Shown here: positions 11,533-29,735 of the stretch, in pieces
Position numbering within the stretch: the first letter of the stretch is position 1
How the letters are laid out: each line of letters opens with the position of its first letter
NCBI GenBank assembly: GCA_002269645.1
Contig: NIVC01001221.1
Span: 159,338-223,337 of the forward strand
Source: Macrostomum lignano
Taxonomy: Eukaryota
Reading direction: 5' to 3'
Length of the DNA stretch: 64,000 nucleotides
The notes under the pieces: generated by a model
Told to the model about the DNA's origin: nothing
The model's database searches: none
The model's input: the letters and a program-made list of their open reading frames with translations, nothing else
Program-made: the position numbers and the translations under genes

Positions 11533-14500
11533 TTATCAGACTCATCACTCCGAGACTCTTTTCTATCAGCCTTGTCACTCCCAGAATCTTCTTTTCTATC
11601 AGACTCTTCACTCCAGGAATCTTTTCTCTATCAGACTCGTCACTCCAGGAATATCCCTATCAGCCTTGTCACTCCAGGAATCTCTTCTCTATCAGACTCT
11701 TCACTCAAGAAATATCTCTATCAGACTCGTCACTCCAGGAATATCTTCTCTATCAGCCTTGTCACTCCAAGAATCTTCTCTATCAGCCTCGTCACTCCAA
11801 GAATCTTCTCTATCAGACTCGTCACTCCAAGAATCTCTTCTCTATCAGACTCGTCACTCCAGGAATCTTCTCTATCAGACTCGTCACTCCAGGAATCTTC
11901 TCTATCAGACTCTTCACTCCAGGAATCTCTTCTCTATCAGACTCGTCACTCCAAGAATCTTCTCTATCAGACTCGTCACTCCAAGAATCTTCTCTATCAG
12001 ACTCGTCACTCCAGGAATCTCTTCTCTATCAGACTCATCACTCCCGGAATCTTCTCTATCAGACTCGCCACTCAAGAATCTTCTCTATCAGACTCTTGAC
12101 TCCAGGAATCTCTTCTCTATCAGACTCGTCACTTCAAGAATCTACTCTATCAGACTCGCCACTCAAGAATCTTCTCTATCAGACTCGTCACTCCAGGAAT
12201 CTCTTCTCTATCAGATTCGTCATTCCAAGAATCTTCTCTATCAGACTCGTCACTCCAAGAATCTTCTCTATCAGACTCGTCACTCCAGGAATCTCTTCTC
12301 TATCAGACTCGTCACTCCAAGAATCTTCTCTATCAGACTCGCCACTCAAGAATCTTCTCTATCAGACTCGTCACTCCAGGAATCTCTTCTCTATCAGACT
12401 CGTAACTCCAGGAATATCTTCTCTATCAGACTCGTCACTCCAAGAATCTTCTCTATCAGACTCGTCACTCCAGGAATCTCTTCTCTATCAGACTCGTCAC
12501 TCCAAGAATCTTCTCTATCAGACTCGCCACTCAAGAATCTTCTCTATCAGACTCGTCACTCCAGGAATCTCTTCTCTATCAGACTCGTCACTCCAGGAAT
12601 CTCTTCTCTATCAGACTCGTCACTCCAAGAATCTCTTCTCTATCAGACTCGTCACTCCAAGAATCTTCTCTATCAGACTCGTCACTCCAAGAATCTTCTC
12701 TATCAGCCTCGTCACTCCAAGAATCTTCTCTATCAGCCTCGTCACTCCAAGAATACGCTCGTATTCTCTATCAGACTCGTCACTCCAAGAATCTCTTCTC
12801 TATCAGATTCGTCACTCCAAGAATCTTCTCTATCAGACTCGTCACTCCAAGAATCTTCTCTATCAGACTCGTCACTCCAGGAATCTCTTCTCTATCAGAC
12901 TCGTCACTCCAAGAATCTTCTCTATCAGACTCGCCACTCAAGAATCTTCTCTATCAGACTCGTCACTCCAGGAATCTCTTCTCTATCAGACTCGTAACTC
13001 CAGGAATCTCTTCTCTATCAGACTCGTCACTCCAAGAATCTTCTCTATCAGACTCGTCACTCCAGGAATCTCTTCTCTATCAGACTCGTCACTCCAAGAA
13101 TCTTCTCTATCAGACTCGCCACTCAAGAATCTTCTCTACCAGACTCGTCACTCCAGGAATCTCTTCTCTATCAGACTCGTCACTCCAGGAATCTCTTCTC
13201 TATCAGACTCGTCACTCCAAGAATCTTCTCTATCAGACTCGCCACTCAAGAATCTTCTCTACCAGACTCGTCACTCCAGGAATCTCTTCTCTATCAGACT
13301 CGTCACTCCAGGAATCTCTTCTCTATCAGACTCGTCACTCCAAGAATCTCTTCTCTATCAGACTCGTCACTCCAAGAATCTTCTCTATCAGACTCGCCAC
13401 TCCAAGAATCTTCTCTATCAGCCTCGTCACTCCAAGAATCTTCTCTATCAGCCTCGTCACTCCAAGAATCTTCTCTATCAGACTCGTCACTCCAAGAATC
13501 TTCTCTATCAGACTCGTCACTCCAAGAATCTCTTCTCTATCAGACTCGTCACTCCAAGAATCTCTTCTCTATCAGACTCGTCACTCCAAGAATCTTCTCT
13601 ATCAGACTCGTCACTCCAAGAATCTTCTCTATCAGACTCGTCACTCCAAGAATCTCTTCTCTATCAGCCTCGTCACTCCAAGAATCTCTTCTCTATCAGA
13701 CTCGTCTCTCCAAGAATCTTCTCTATCAGACTCGTCACTCCAGGAATCTTCTCTATCAGACTCGTCACTCCAAGAATCTTCTCTATCAGCCTCGTCACTC
13801 CAAGAATCTTCTCTATCAGACTCGTCACTCCAAGAATCTTCTCTATCAGCCTCGTCACTCCAAGAATACGCTCGTATTCTCTATCAGACTCGTCACTCCA
13901 AGAATCTTCTCTATCAGACTCGTCACTCCAAGAATCTCTTCTCTATCAGACTCGTCACTCCAAGAATCTCTTCTCTATCAGACTCGTCACTCCAAGAATC
14001 TTCTCTATCAGCCTCGTCACTCCAAGAATCTTCTCTATCAGACTCGTCACTCCAAGAATCTCTTCTCTATCAGCCTCGTCACTCCAAGAATCTCTTCTCT
14101 ATCAGACTCGTCTCTCCAAGAATCTTCTCTATCAGACTCGTCACTCCAAGAATCTTCTCTATCAGACTCGTCACTCCAAGAATCTTCTCTATCAGCCTCG
14201 TCACTCCAAGAATCTTCTCTATCAGCCTCGTCACTCCAAGAATCTTCTCTATCAGCCTCGTCACTCCAAGAATACGCTCGTATTCTCTATCAGACTCGTC
14301 ACTCCAAGAATCTTCTCTATCAGACTCGTCACTCCAAGAATCTCTTCTCTATCAGACTCGTCACTCCAAGAATCTCTTCTCTATCAGACTCGTCACTCCA
14401 AGAATCTTCTCTATCAGCCTCGTCACTCCAAGAATCTTCTCTATCAGACTCGTCACTCCAAGAATCTCTTCTCTATCAGCCTCGTCACTCCAAGAATCTC

Positions 14501-14950
14501 TTCTCTATCAGACTCGTCTCTCCAAGAATCTTCTCTATCAGACTCGTCACTCCAAGAATCTTCTCTATCAGACTCGTCACTCCAAGAATCTTCTCTATCA
14601 GCCTCGTCACTCCAAGAATCTTCTCTATCAGCCTCGTCACTCCAAGAATCTTCTCTATCAGCCTCGTCACTCCAAGAATCTTCTCTATCAGCCTCGTCAC
14701 TCCAAGAATCTTCTCTATCAGCCTCGTCACTCCAAGATTCTTCTCTATCAGCCTCGTCACTCCAAGAATCTCTTCTCTATCAGACTCTTAACTCCAGGAA
14801 TCTCTTCTCTATCAGACTCGTCACTCCAAGAATCTTCTCTATCAGACTCGTCACTCCAAGAATCTTCTCTATCAGCCTCGTTACTCTAAGAATCTTCTCT
14901 ATTAGCCTCGTCACTCCAAGAATTTTCTTTTCCATCAGACTCGTCACTGA
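11533..14950. repeat. 30-bp satellite, array B (same family as array A)
   Basis: ~110 units with higher-order blocks. Confidence 0.98.
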
Positions 14951-16324
14951 GTCTAAGTGGGATCCATGTTTCTAAATTAAACAATTGTCTGCTTCCAAAG
15001 TGGCTCTAAAGAGTCATCAAGCTCTACAAAGAGCTGCGCTTGCTTCCTATTTTGAAGCTTTCAATTTGGGAGTCTTTATCCCGAGGATGAATGTCAGAAT
15101 TGAATCCCCTGCATGGGAGCCCCCTAGGTCGGCAACGTGGACTCGGCTGGAGTTTTTTTTTTTCACAGACCGAGTCCGCAACTTGCAGGAGCTGTTCGCG
15201 GATACGAGCTGATGATGCACATTTGGGAAGGGAGGGGAAGAAGGAAGGAATAGGAGAGAGGGGAGAGAGGGGAGGAGCGGGTTCGTGCGGCTTGGCTCAT
15301 GGTGGCCTAGAAGCAGATCCTGGAGAGGAAAATATTCCCCATTCTCAGCCTGTTTTCTAAAAAGCAGAGATTTTAGTTTTTCGAACTAGACATAAGACAT
15401 TTAATGTGTGGAGAACCTTTGTTTCGTTACTCCAAAATGCAGATAATTTATCGGTTTTTCGTATGAGAAAGCAACTCCCGGTTCTAGTTCTAGGCCTCCA
15501 TGCCTGGCACTATATTTGGTTGGTCAGCCGAGTGCACATTAGAACACAAAACTCGAAAGGCCGCACGAGAAATGAATCGAGGGTGTGTAAATCCTAGCGG
15601 AACGGGAGAGAGGTGGGGATGGGGCAGAAAGAACTGAAATTAGGCCTTGGGATTTGGGCACCACCACTGCAGCATGGAGCACTAGAGGCCCCAAGCATTC
15701 AGCTAGGTTTAAGTAGATGGTTTGCTTCAACTTATTATTTGCTTTCTTTCTATTAAACTGTGTTGACGTGTTAGCCTACCGTAGACAAATGAAAATATTC
15801 ACTGAATTTTTTGACTTGACAACCGAGAACTGACTCGCTGGGCTCGTTCCTAGTAAGCCATGGCTGCGGGACTGACTGACGGGGAAGAAAGGGCGGAAGA
15901 GGCACAGTGTACAGCACCCCCCCCCCCTGGGCGGTTGGACAGATATCCACCACGAGGGACGGGCCTGGGCAGCTCCTGTAATGTTTTATCCTACACTCAT
16001 CTCTTGTCCTCACTTTCCCAAAGCTGACCATAAAGTCTGACTGTTGAGTTTAGAGTTTTTTTCAATTTCGATTTATTATAACTAGTGGACTAAATAAAAC
16101 CGACCATGCAGGATTTGATGTAATCTGTCAGGCCCTGTCTGTCTGTCTGTCCGCTCTGCTTTCGGATTCGCTAAGTTATAACTGCTATATTGTAGATCGT
16201 ATACAACTCAAAATACACTAGCTACACAGTACAGAAAAGTCTATCTTGAAAAAAAACGCAGAGCCACACCGCCAACGCAGCGGATATACTCAGCTAGTGA
16301 CTCACCTCACAGCGGCTGCAGCAA

Positions 16325-21076
<4,752 letters not shown>

Positions 21077-21130
21077 CTTCTCTGCGGCTGACGTTGAAGG
21101 TAATTGCTGAGTCTCTCCGATGCACCTTTG

Positions 21131-21292
21131 AGCTCTCTGACACTTCTAATACCTGTTAAGTTCTTGACACGCCTGTAGACTCTCTGACACACCTGCAGAC
21201 TCTCTGACACACCTGCAGACTCTCTGACACACCTGCAGACTCTCTGACACACCTGTTGAGTCCCTGACACACTTATGACACACCTGACACAC
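21131..21292. repeat. Second array of the CTCTGACACACCTG(C/T)AGACT 20-mer
   Basis: Same unit as 19497-19672, just downstream of the copy 1 stop codon. Confidence 0.9.
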
Positions 21293-21771
21293 TTCCGGTG
21301 TTAGCCAGAACTGGCGTGACTTAGCGAAACTCGCTGCAATCTGATGCAATCTCTAGGGTTATCGAATAAATTAACATTTCCAATAACTGCTGTCGATTTT
21401 TATTTAGACAGACTACACTGTATGTAGAAAATTAGAAAATAGTGTCGCATCATTATGTAGATATGTTAGCTGAAACTGCTGCTTATCCCATACCAGACGA
21501 ATTGCTTGTCATACGAGTATCATATTTACAATAATTTTTTTACAAATTTGTCCACGGAATCTAATATATTATCCGCGTATTAAATCATACTAACTAGTAC
21601 ATCTTTTGTTAAGTTTAAACAAAACAAAACTTTTTTTTGCAATCGGTTTGAAATTTGATCTTTTATTTGCCATTTTGATAATAATTCAGATATTTAGTGC
21701 ATGAAATTCGATGCTTTCAATGAATTTTTAGTCTATGTACCAAAGTTCTCAACTTGACTGACAAGAGCAGA

Positions 21772-22795
21772 GATGCTGAGATGCCAAGGCTCACGGGGGA
21801 ATTGCTGAGATGCCAAGTCTAACAGGGGGGAATTGCTGAGATGCCAAGTCTAACAGGGGGGAATCGCTGAGATGCCAAGTCTCACAAGGGAGAATCGCTA
21901 AGATGCCAATGCTCACGGGGAATTGCTGAGATGCCAATGCTCACGAGGGGAATTGCTGAGATGCCAAGTCTCACAGGGGGAAATTGCTGAGATAGCAATG
22001 CTCACGGGGAATTGCTGAGATGCTAAGTCTTACAGTGGGAATCGCTGAGATGCCAAGTCTCACAGGGGGGAATTGCTGAGATACCAATGCTCACGGGGAA
22101 TTGCTGAGATGCTAAGTCTTACAGTGGGAATCGCTGAGATGCCAAGTCTCACAGGGGGGAATTGCTGAGATACCAATGCTCACGGGGAATTGCTGAGATG
22201 CTAAGTCTTACAGTTGGAATCGCTGAGATGCCAAGTCTCACAGGGGGGAATTGCTCAGATACCAATGCTCACGGGGAATTGCTGAGATGCTAAGTCTTAC
22301 AGTGGGAATCGCTGAGATGCCAAGTCTCACAGGGGGGAATTGCTGAGATACCAATGCTCACGGGGAATTGCTGAGATGCTAAGTCTTACAGTGGGAATCG
22401 CTGAGATGCCAAGTCTCACAGGGGGGAATTGCTCAGATACCAATGCTCACGGGGAATTGCTGAGATGCTAAGTCTTACAGTGGGAATCGCTGAGATGCCA
22501 AGTCTCACAGGGGGGAATTGCTGAGATACCAATGCTCACGGGGAATCGCTGAGATGCCAAGTCTCACAGGGGGAATTGCTGAGATACCAATGCTCACGGG
22601 GAATCGCTGAGATGCCAAGTCTCACAGGGGGAATTGCTGAGATGCTAAGTCTCACAGGGGGGAATTGCTGAGATGCCAATGCTCACGGGGGGGAATTGCT
22701 GAGATGCCAATGCTCACGGGGGGGAATTGCTGAGATGCCAATGCTCACGGGGGGGAATTGCTGAGATACCAATGCTCACGGGGGTAATTGCCGGG
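21772..22795. repeat. ~29-31-bp minisatellite GCTGAGATGCCAA(T/G)..CTCAC(A)GGGGGGAATT with ~89-bp higher-order period
   Basis: Three alternating variants repeat in order from 21990 to 22500. Confidence 0.95.
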
Positions 22796-23825
22796 ACAAA
22801 GTTTGCTTAAGCAGTCGTTGTGCGCACTACACTTTAATTAAATTATTGTAACAAAGGTTCACCTGAAATGCATTCACTTTTTAAACTCCTACTGAAGTGC
22901 CAAATGAGTAAAGTGTATTTATAATTCATGAATGCAGCACATTCATTTTTTCATAGGGACACTCAACGATACGAGCTACTAAATAAATACTTACAGTAAA
23001 AAGTGTTTGAAAATGTATTAAGGATAGAATAAAAATCCTGGTTCAGAATTCGCCTCTCGAATTAGGTGGAATACATTGGATTGAAATAAGAATTTTCTTT
23101 AACTGAGATGCTGACTGTAAGATTGGAATTGAAGTAGGAGAATTTATACCTGAAATGCTCAAATTTTGGGTCTTCATGGGCCTTCAAGCAAAAGCAAAGT
23201 ATAAAAAGCCTAAATGTGTCGCTACCTATTTGAGAAGCAATTGAGACTCGAATTCGCAGAAACTCGATGCCGTGAAAATAATGACCGAGTGGCCTCGTGC
23301 GACTCTCTAATAGTTGCACCATCGAGAAAGATGGACTGACTATTAGTTTACACCATTTCCAGCTAAATAATTCTGTTGCTGAACAGCGTGGATCTTCATT
23401 TTGGGTGAGCCAAGCAATTGACTTGCCTATACCGTTAGCAAGCACAGGCTCCAGCTCTGTAGTTTTGCATTTTGAGCACACCGCCTTTGGACATGGAGAC
23501 GGACAGGCAGATACATGAGCACAGACTGGGTGAGTGAGCGTCTAAGGCTACTGAACTCTGACAGATGGTCGGTCAGAGAACGAATATTTTAAGCATTCTC
23601 GCATTGGCACTGCTTGAGATCGAAAAGTGTACAGGCAATCTTTGAACCTAACCGAAAATCTATCGTAAACCCAACCTAACCCTGGAGCCAGCAAGCCTAC
23701 GCTCTCGCATGTATTTTGCACAATTTTTTCCACCTTAAAACAATTTTTGCTTCAAAACGAGCGCTAACATTAGGAATCCATTGCAGAGTTCAAGTTTCGT
23801 AAATTACCCGTCGCCTAGATGCGAC

Positions 23826-26800
23826 TCATGAAGGACTGTCACTGACGCCAGTACGGCACAGGCAAAACTTTCGCAGGTGAGGCGCGACCTCAGTGACGCA
23901 GTGAGCCTGACTGCCGTACCGGTTGATGCGGGAGGCCTCCGAAGTGGAGGACAGCAGCAGCAGCGGACTGCCGAAACGCGATCGCTGCAGGCCGAACTGC
24001 ACCGACGCCTCAAATAGGCCTCCGTTCGGCTCTGTGACGAGGCGGAGCGTCAGGTAGCCGGCAGCGAGCAGCGCCGAGTTCTCCGCGTTGTAGGCCACGT
24101 AGCGCCAGCTGACGTGGCGCTCGCGGCGAGCCAGATCCTCGCTTGCCTGCGGCGTTGCAGAGGGGGGGGAGTAGCTCGGGGGTTGTTCGAATCTGTGCTC
24201 GTCCATTTCGGGCTGGTGCACAAAAAATATGTCTCAGGAAGACTCGAGCGGTCACTCACCAAGCTGACCTCGGCCTCCGTGACATTCCCCAGCTGCAGCT
24301 CCTGGCACAGGTGTCGGAACGGCTCAGTGGCCGAGTTCATCTGGTTCACTGCAAACCGAGCGGCTCTCACGGCCAGCTCGTTCGAGCTCGGCTCTTGAAT
24401 CTTCTTCAGCCGCAGACACGAGCACCAGTGAGTCGGAATGCCCGCATCTGAGCAGCTGCGAGTCTCCGGAACGGCCTCATCGATCAGCGAGTACGATGTG
24501 AGGCTGGCGCCACCCGCTGCGAGCGTGGTAGAGTCTCTGAGTCCAGATAAGTTCAACAGAGTCCTGTGAATGTCGACAGGCGTTGTGAGTCTATTTGCGT
24601 TGGTCCTCAGCGTCTCTGCCGCATCTTTCTTGCGGCTCATCAACTGCCTGCTCAGCGCGATGCTCATGAGCGGTAGCGACTCCTCCAGCTTGCCCTGCAT
24701 GGAGTTCCTCAGCGGTCCGTGCCGCTGGCCGTGGTCCGACATCAGAATGATGCTGGTGTTGCTGCTGAGGTTGGCGGCCTCGAACCAATCCAGGAACTTG
24801 ACGAGCTCAGCGTCCATGGGAGACAGGTCTTGGTTCTCGTGCGACAAAGAGCTGAAAAAGGTGAAGGCGAACTTGGGCCTGTCCGGGTACAAGGTGAAGA
24901 GGTCCTTGACGGCCGAGAGCATTCTGGCGCTGGCGATCTCGTCTCCGATGCAGATGGCGTTGGTCTGCAGCCGCTCCTGCTGCAGCAGCGCCGGTCTCAG
25001 GTAGAAATCCGTGGGCTGGCGTCTGAAGCCGTGAAACCGCAGCTGGAAAGTGCCTGAAAATTCGCGATGTTAAATTCCATGTCAAGACCAGCAGCGGAGC
25101 AAGTGAAATAACTCAATCCTGACTAACTCACTAGTAACAGAATGAGGACTTCGCTGCAAGGTGAAACGAGTGGTAAGCAAAGCTCAACCAATAATTATTA
25201 GGCAAAAGTCACGCCAGAAGCGAACAGTGGGTAGGTCAAGAAATGTCTCTGCAAGTCGCTAATTACGACTCAAGTCGCTCCCCACTGAAGTCCAGGGGAG
25301 TTCAAGGACCGAATGGCTTGTACAGAGTACAGAGGATCGACTGAAGGACTAAGCCAAGAACTTCTACTCGGAGACAGGGAGTTCTAGAGCAGCTGCAGAG
25401 TAAAGTTTTGTGGTTTGCCCTTTAGGAACGGGGGTCCCTCAATTACTCCCAGCTAATGCTGGCATTCATTTTGCAGCTGGGTGAACTGACGCCATGCTGA
25501 GTTAAGTGCCTTGCTCGAGGACACAAATTGTTCCGAGTGGGTCGAAAATCGAACCCCCGATCTTCGAGTCGTGAGTCCGACGCTCCAACCACTAGGCTAC
25601 CACCCCCATTCAGAAAGACAGAAATGGTGAATAAATTAGGAAGTCTGAGTATCATAGATAGAATTCACTGATAGATATAGCATGCAGTTTTGTGACTAAA
25701 TACACTAGGTACATACATTTTACGCTTTTGTGACTGCGCGCTTATTCCAATGCGGTCCAAGGCACGTTGCAATATTTAGGCGCGAGCTTCTTTCTCTGCG
25801 CAAAACGCTACCTAAAATCTAACCTAGGGGAGCAAAATTGCAGTCAACAACTCTAGACGAAAGAACTCTAAAATTTTACAAGAAAGTCACAGGTCACTGT
25901 TCTTGACATGCATTTAGAGTCCAATTCATCGATGCCCAGTTTTGGTGATTTGATAACGTTTAAATAATGCCAATGCCTTAAAGTATCCTTGAATACGCTC
26001 GTAGGAGGAATCGAGATACCTCAGCCAGTGAACTCTCAACGACCCCTTTAGCTTAATACCGTGCATGGACATTATTAAATAAATCGCACGGCAAAATAGT
26101 GTCGTGGGATTCACTTCAATGAGTACCAACCCCAAGTTCACCAAATTTGAGAACGTATCTTCTCTACTCTTTACTTGTTCAAGGCGAATGCTTCAGAACT
26201 CAAGCTGACAACTCAAAAAACGCGCTCTCACCGTATGCAGACTGCTCCTCCCCGTACAGAGTGACGAAGCCCCGGTCCCGCAGGTCCTGGAAGATCCACC
26301 GAAGCGAGTCGTCCAGAAATCGAGCTCCAGCGAAGCCCTTCCGAGACTCGGGCATGTCGGCCTCCCGAATCCCCGTCAGGATGGGCAGCAGAGCGGCGGG
26401 CGTACCGTCTCCCATGATGTTGTACTGCTGCAGGGTGATGGCGCCAAGGCGGTCCTGCATGATGCGGCTGGCTCGGGGCAGCGACCGCAAGCTCTCGAGT
26501 CGGGACAGCGAGTCCAGGCCCAGCATGATGACGTTGCCGAGCTCCGAGCTGTCGGTCGGCGACCCCCCGCGACTGCCGGCTGCAGACGACGTCGCTCGCT
26601 TCACTCCGTAGTAGACGGAGCTGTGGCGGCTGGTGCGGTCTGGTGACTGGCAGGAAGCTCGGAATCCCAGACTGGGCAGCTCGTCTCCGCTGCGGAGCGG
26701 CCTGGCGCTGCCGAACTCGCTCGACTGGTCGTCCAGCCGCACGACGGGCTCCGCGGTGCAGTTGGCCGACGAATACTCCGGCCTGAGGTAGACCCTGGAC

Positions 26801-27426
26801 TCGGACACTCTCAGCCAGTTCTTCGAGGTTCCACGCTGACAGACATCGGCGGGAATCGGTCGGGGTCTGTTGGCTCGGACGAGCTGGTTGGTGACTGGCA
26901 ATTTGGGTGAAACACACCGCTGCGACTTGTGAGTGAGCTCGGGCAGGCTGAAGGTTATTCGATGACAATGATAAGGAGAGTGCGAAATGTTCAATTTTAG
27001 TCAGCCTTCGATTTTAACTCACCTGCTAACACAACGTACTCAATTATCGAGCCAGCTACTCAACCAAAAAATCCTGGTTTATTAGACCCAAGCAATCACC
27101 TTGTAACCAAAATTTGCACATAGCAACAAAAATCAATCACCTAGCAACCAACATAATCACTTAGCAACCAATTCATTACCTAGCAACCTCAATCAGGAAA
27201 TACAGTATCATCCGACTCAAACCTCAACCGCTCACCTCTGCTTGATTCTATCGAAAACCTCCAAGCTAATCTGACCATTCTGTCTGCTATTGTCAAATTT
27301 TCTGACACTGCTGATCAACGCGACAGTCCAGGTGACGCAAGCGAACGTAGCGATGGTGGCCAACATCAGACGGATCCGGCCGTTTCTGGGAGAAGCCAAC
27401 CTCAGCTGTCTCGCTAGTGGAATCAT
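23826..27426 (-). CDS. DUF229-family protein, copy 2 (intact, 695 aa from ATG 27426)
   Basis: Exons 27426-27236, 26947-26232, 25053-24260, 24212-23826 (191+716+794+387 = 2088 nt); all GT-AG with consistent phases; N-terminal hydrophobic helix; 47-bp last intron. Confidence 0.92.
25441..25605 (-). mobile_element. tRNA-derived SINE with CORE (MIR-like) domain
   Basis: Minus strand: A-box TAGCCTAGTGG, B-box GGTTCGATT, then TGTGTCCTCGAGCAAGGCACTTAAC...CAGCTGCAAAATG resembling the MIR core. Confidence 0.7.
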
Positions 27427-29735
27427 TTGCTGCATCCGCTTCGAGGGAGTATGTCCACTGCGTTGGTGATGTGGCTCTGCGTTTTTTCCGAGTTTTTTTC
27501 TGAGCTCTATGCAAGCTTGACTGAGGTAGCTTGGTCAGTCTGTGTGATATTTTGGTGGTTGTTGTAGACAGCTAGGCAGGAGAGGCTTGGTAGAACTACA
27601 GGCTAGCTTGTCTCTCTATGCGGAAATGTTGAGACGAGTTAGTAGCATGGAGCCAGTTATTTTTGTCTCCCTTGATCTTCACTTTTAGCATCGTGATGAC
27701 TGCGATATTGCTACTTTCAGAGGGGAGACGAAAAGGAACACGATACGAAAACGACTTTGTCTATGGCAGTCACGAGCCAATAGGAAGGAACGGGGAGGAA
27801 AGGGAATGCTTAAAGGGAAGATAATGTACATCAGCAATAATGTACATTTTAGCCAGTCCACTGAAATGTACATGGCCGCTTTAGGCTGGAATTCCGAGAA
27901 AGGCAATAAAAATTAGGGTGGGGCGAAGGGTCGTATGGAAAGGCGCTGTTGGAGGGTTTAAGCTGGGGGGTAAAAACCAATAAATGAGCCTTGGTGTTAG
28001 AAATACATTAAAATGGTTCTGTTTAACTTACTGAACCAAAAGTAGTTTACACGCAAATGTGCTGAGTAGCCCATCCAATTATTATAGTATCTGCCCTGGG
28101 TCTTCCCTGGGCCCCTGGCGAGGTGGGTGGAGAGAGGAGGTGGCCGTTGGGTTTATTTACAAGCTGTCGTGGTGTGGAAAAAATATAACGTGTAAACTAA
28201 GAAAGCCTGATTGTCTATGGCTAACGCTTCTCTTTCATCATTTCTAACCTAAATATCACGTGATGTATAATCACACAGTCATGCAGTCCCTCGGCGAGTG
28301 CTCAGAAACGCAAGGAATTCACACATGAAATGCACAGCAGCTTTCGTCTTCCGCTTGCCATACCATTTTCAACCGTTTTTGAAAAGTTACTTTTCAAAAA
28401 AATACTTTTGACAAGCTGTAAATTGTTCTTTCGGATAGAAAAAAATAACAATCCATATACCAGACTAACAAAAAATATTCTGGAATTAAACGACATCACA
28501 TCGCTATTTAATGGGGGTCCCTCATTGGGATTAAACAGGGCATTGTTTAAGTGTTAGATAAAATAGGTCAATGGGCAAAATAGTGTGCTAGTAGCTTATG
28601 AATCCAATGCTCACGGGGGGGGAGGATGTCGCTGTACGCTTCTACTTTGCAGCCATTGTATACACCACCTTAAATTAAGTTCTTGTAAAAAGATTAACAT
28701 GAAAGGCATTCCATTTTTAAACTCCAACTAAAGTTTCCAATGAGCGAAGCGTATGCATAACTGATGTATTACTATTCAATACATTTATTTATTCATTCAG
28801 ACAGCCAATAATGCTAAATAGTTAAAAAACAGGTGCTTGAAAATCAATTAAGGAGGAAATAATGGGTCAGCTGGTTTAGAGGCCGCCTCTCCAATACATT
28901 AGATTAAAATAGGAATTTTATTCAATTGGGATGCTGATTATATATGCTTATCTCATCCCAGTGGAATTGCTACGTTTTATGCAGTTACGTAACTAAAGAG
29001 GCTATTTTCTTAGTAATCCTTGAATGTCGCAGAGGGGACTACCTTTCAGCTTTGCTAGCAGAATATAGAATGAAGTTGAGTTTGATTCTCTAGAAGCTCT
29101 GGACAGTTAAAACACTAAATTGATAAAAACCTTGATTAGTTATCTTATGAATGTTGAAACTTTTAGTACAGAATTTATACTTGCAAATAGACAACTTTTG
29201 GGCCTTCATGGGCCTTCAAAAAAACAAAGAAATAAACAGGCATAAGATGGGCCAGTCCATATTAGAGACGCAAAGTGAGTCTTAAATTTGTGAAAAGAAT
29301 GACCAAGCTGCCTATTTTAAGCATTCGCAGTGATCTGAAATCCATATATAGTGTCGCGCAACTCTAATGTACATATATATTCACCCTCGAAAACGATAAG
29401 TCATTCGTTCGTAAGTCATCGCCAAAAGGTCAAAGAATGATCATTTTAACCTTTTAACCTTTCTCGCTAGATGTATGGGATAATCTTTGAACCGAACCTA
29501 TCCTAAACCTTAAAATTAATTAAAACAAGGTAAACTTTGCTAGTTGCACTCACCAAGCCCTTGCATATATTTTGTACAAATTTTTTCGACTTCAAACGAT
29601 TTTAAGCTTCAAAACGAGCCCTTACTTTAAAAATCGATTGCACAGTTAAAAGTCTTTAGGAAAGACCTCATTACATGCAGTAATTGTCTGGTGCTTTTCT
29701 ACAATACACAAAGCTGCCTGTCAGCTCGAAACCAC

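Noticed and set aside
7591-14975. 951-aa and 1153-aa Ser-rich ORFs
   Set aside because: The 30-bp unit has no stop in any + frame; the peptide switches among the three frame translations at 29/32-bp variants, so no frame is conserved
15139-15177. Small hairpin GGACTCGG..T10..CCGAGTCC
   Set aside because: 8-bp arms are within chance expectation and there is no supporting context
25541-25605. tRNA gene
   Set aside because: Acceptor and T stems pair poorly and the sequence runs into a CORE domain; better explained as a SINE head
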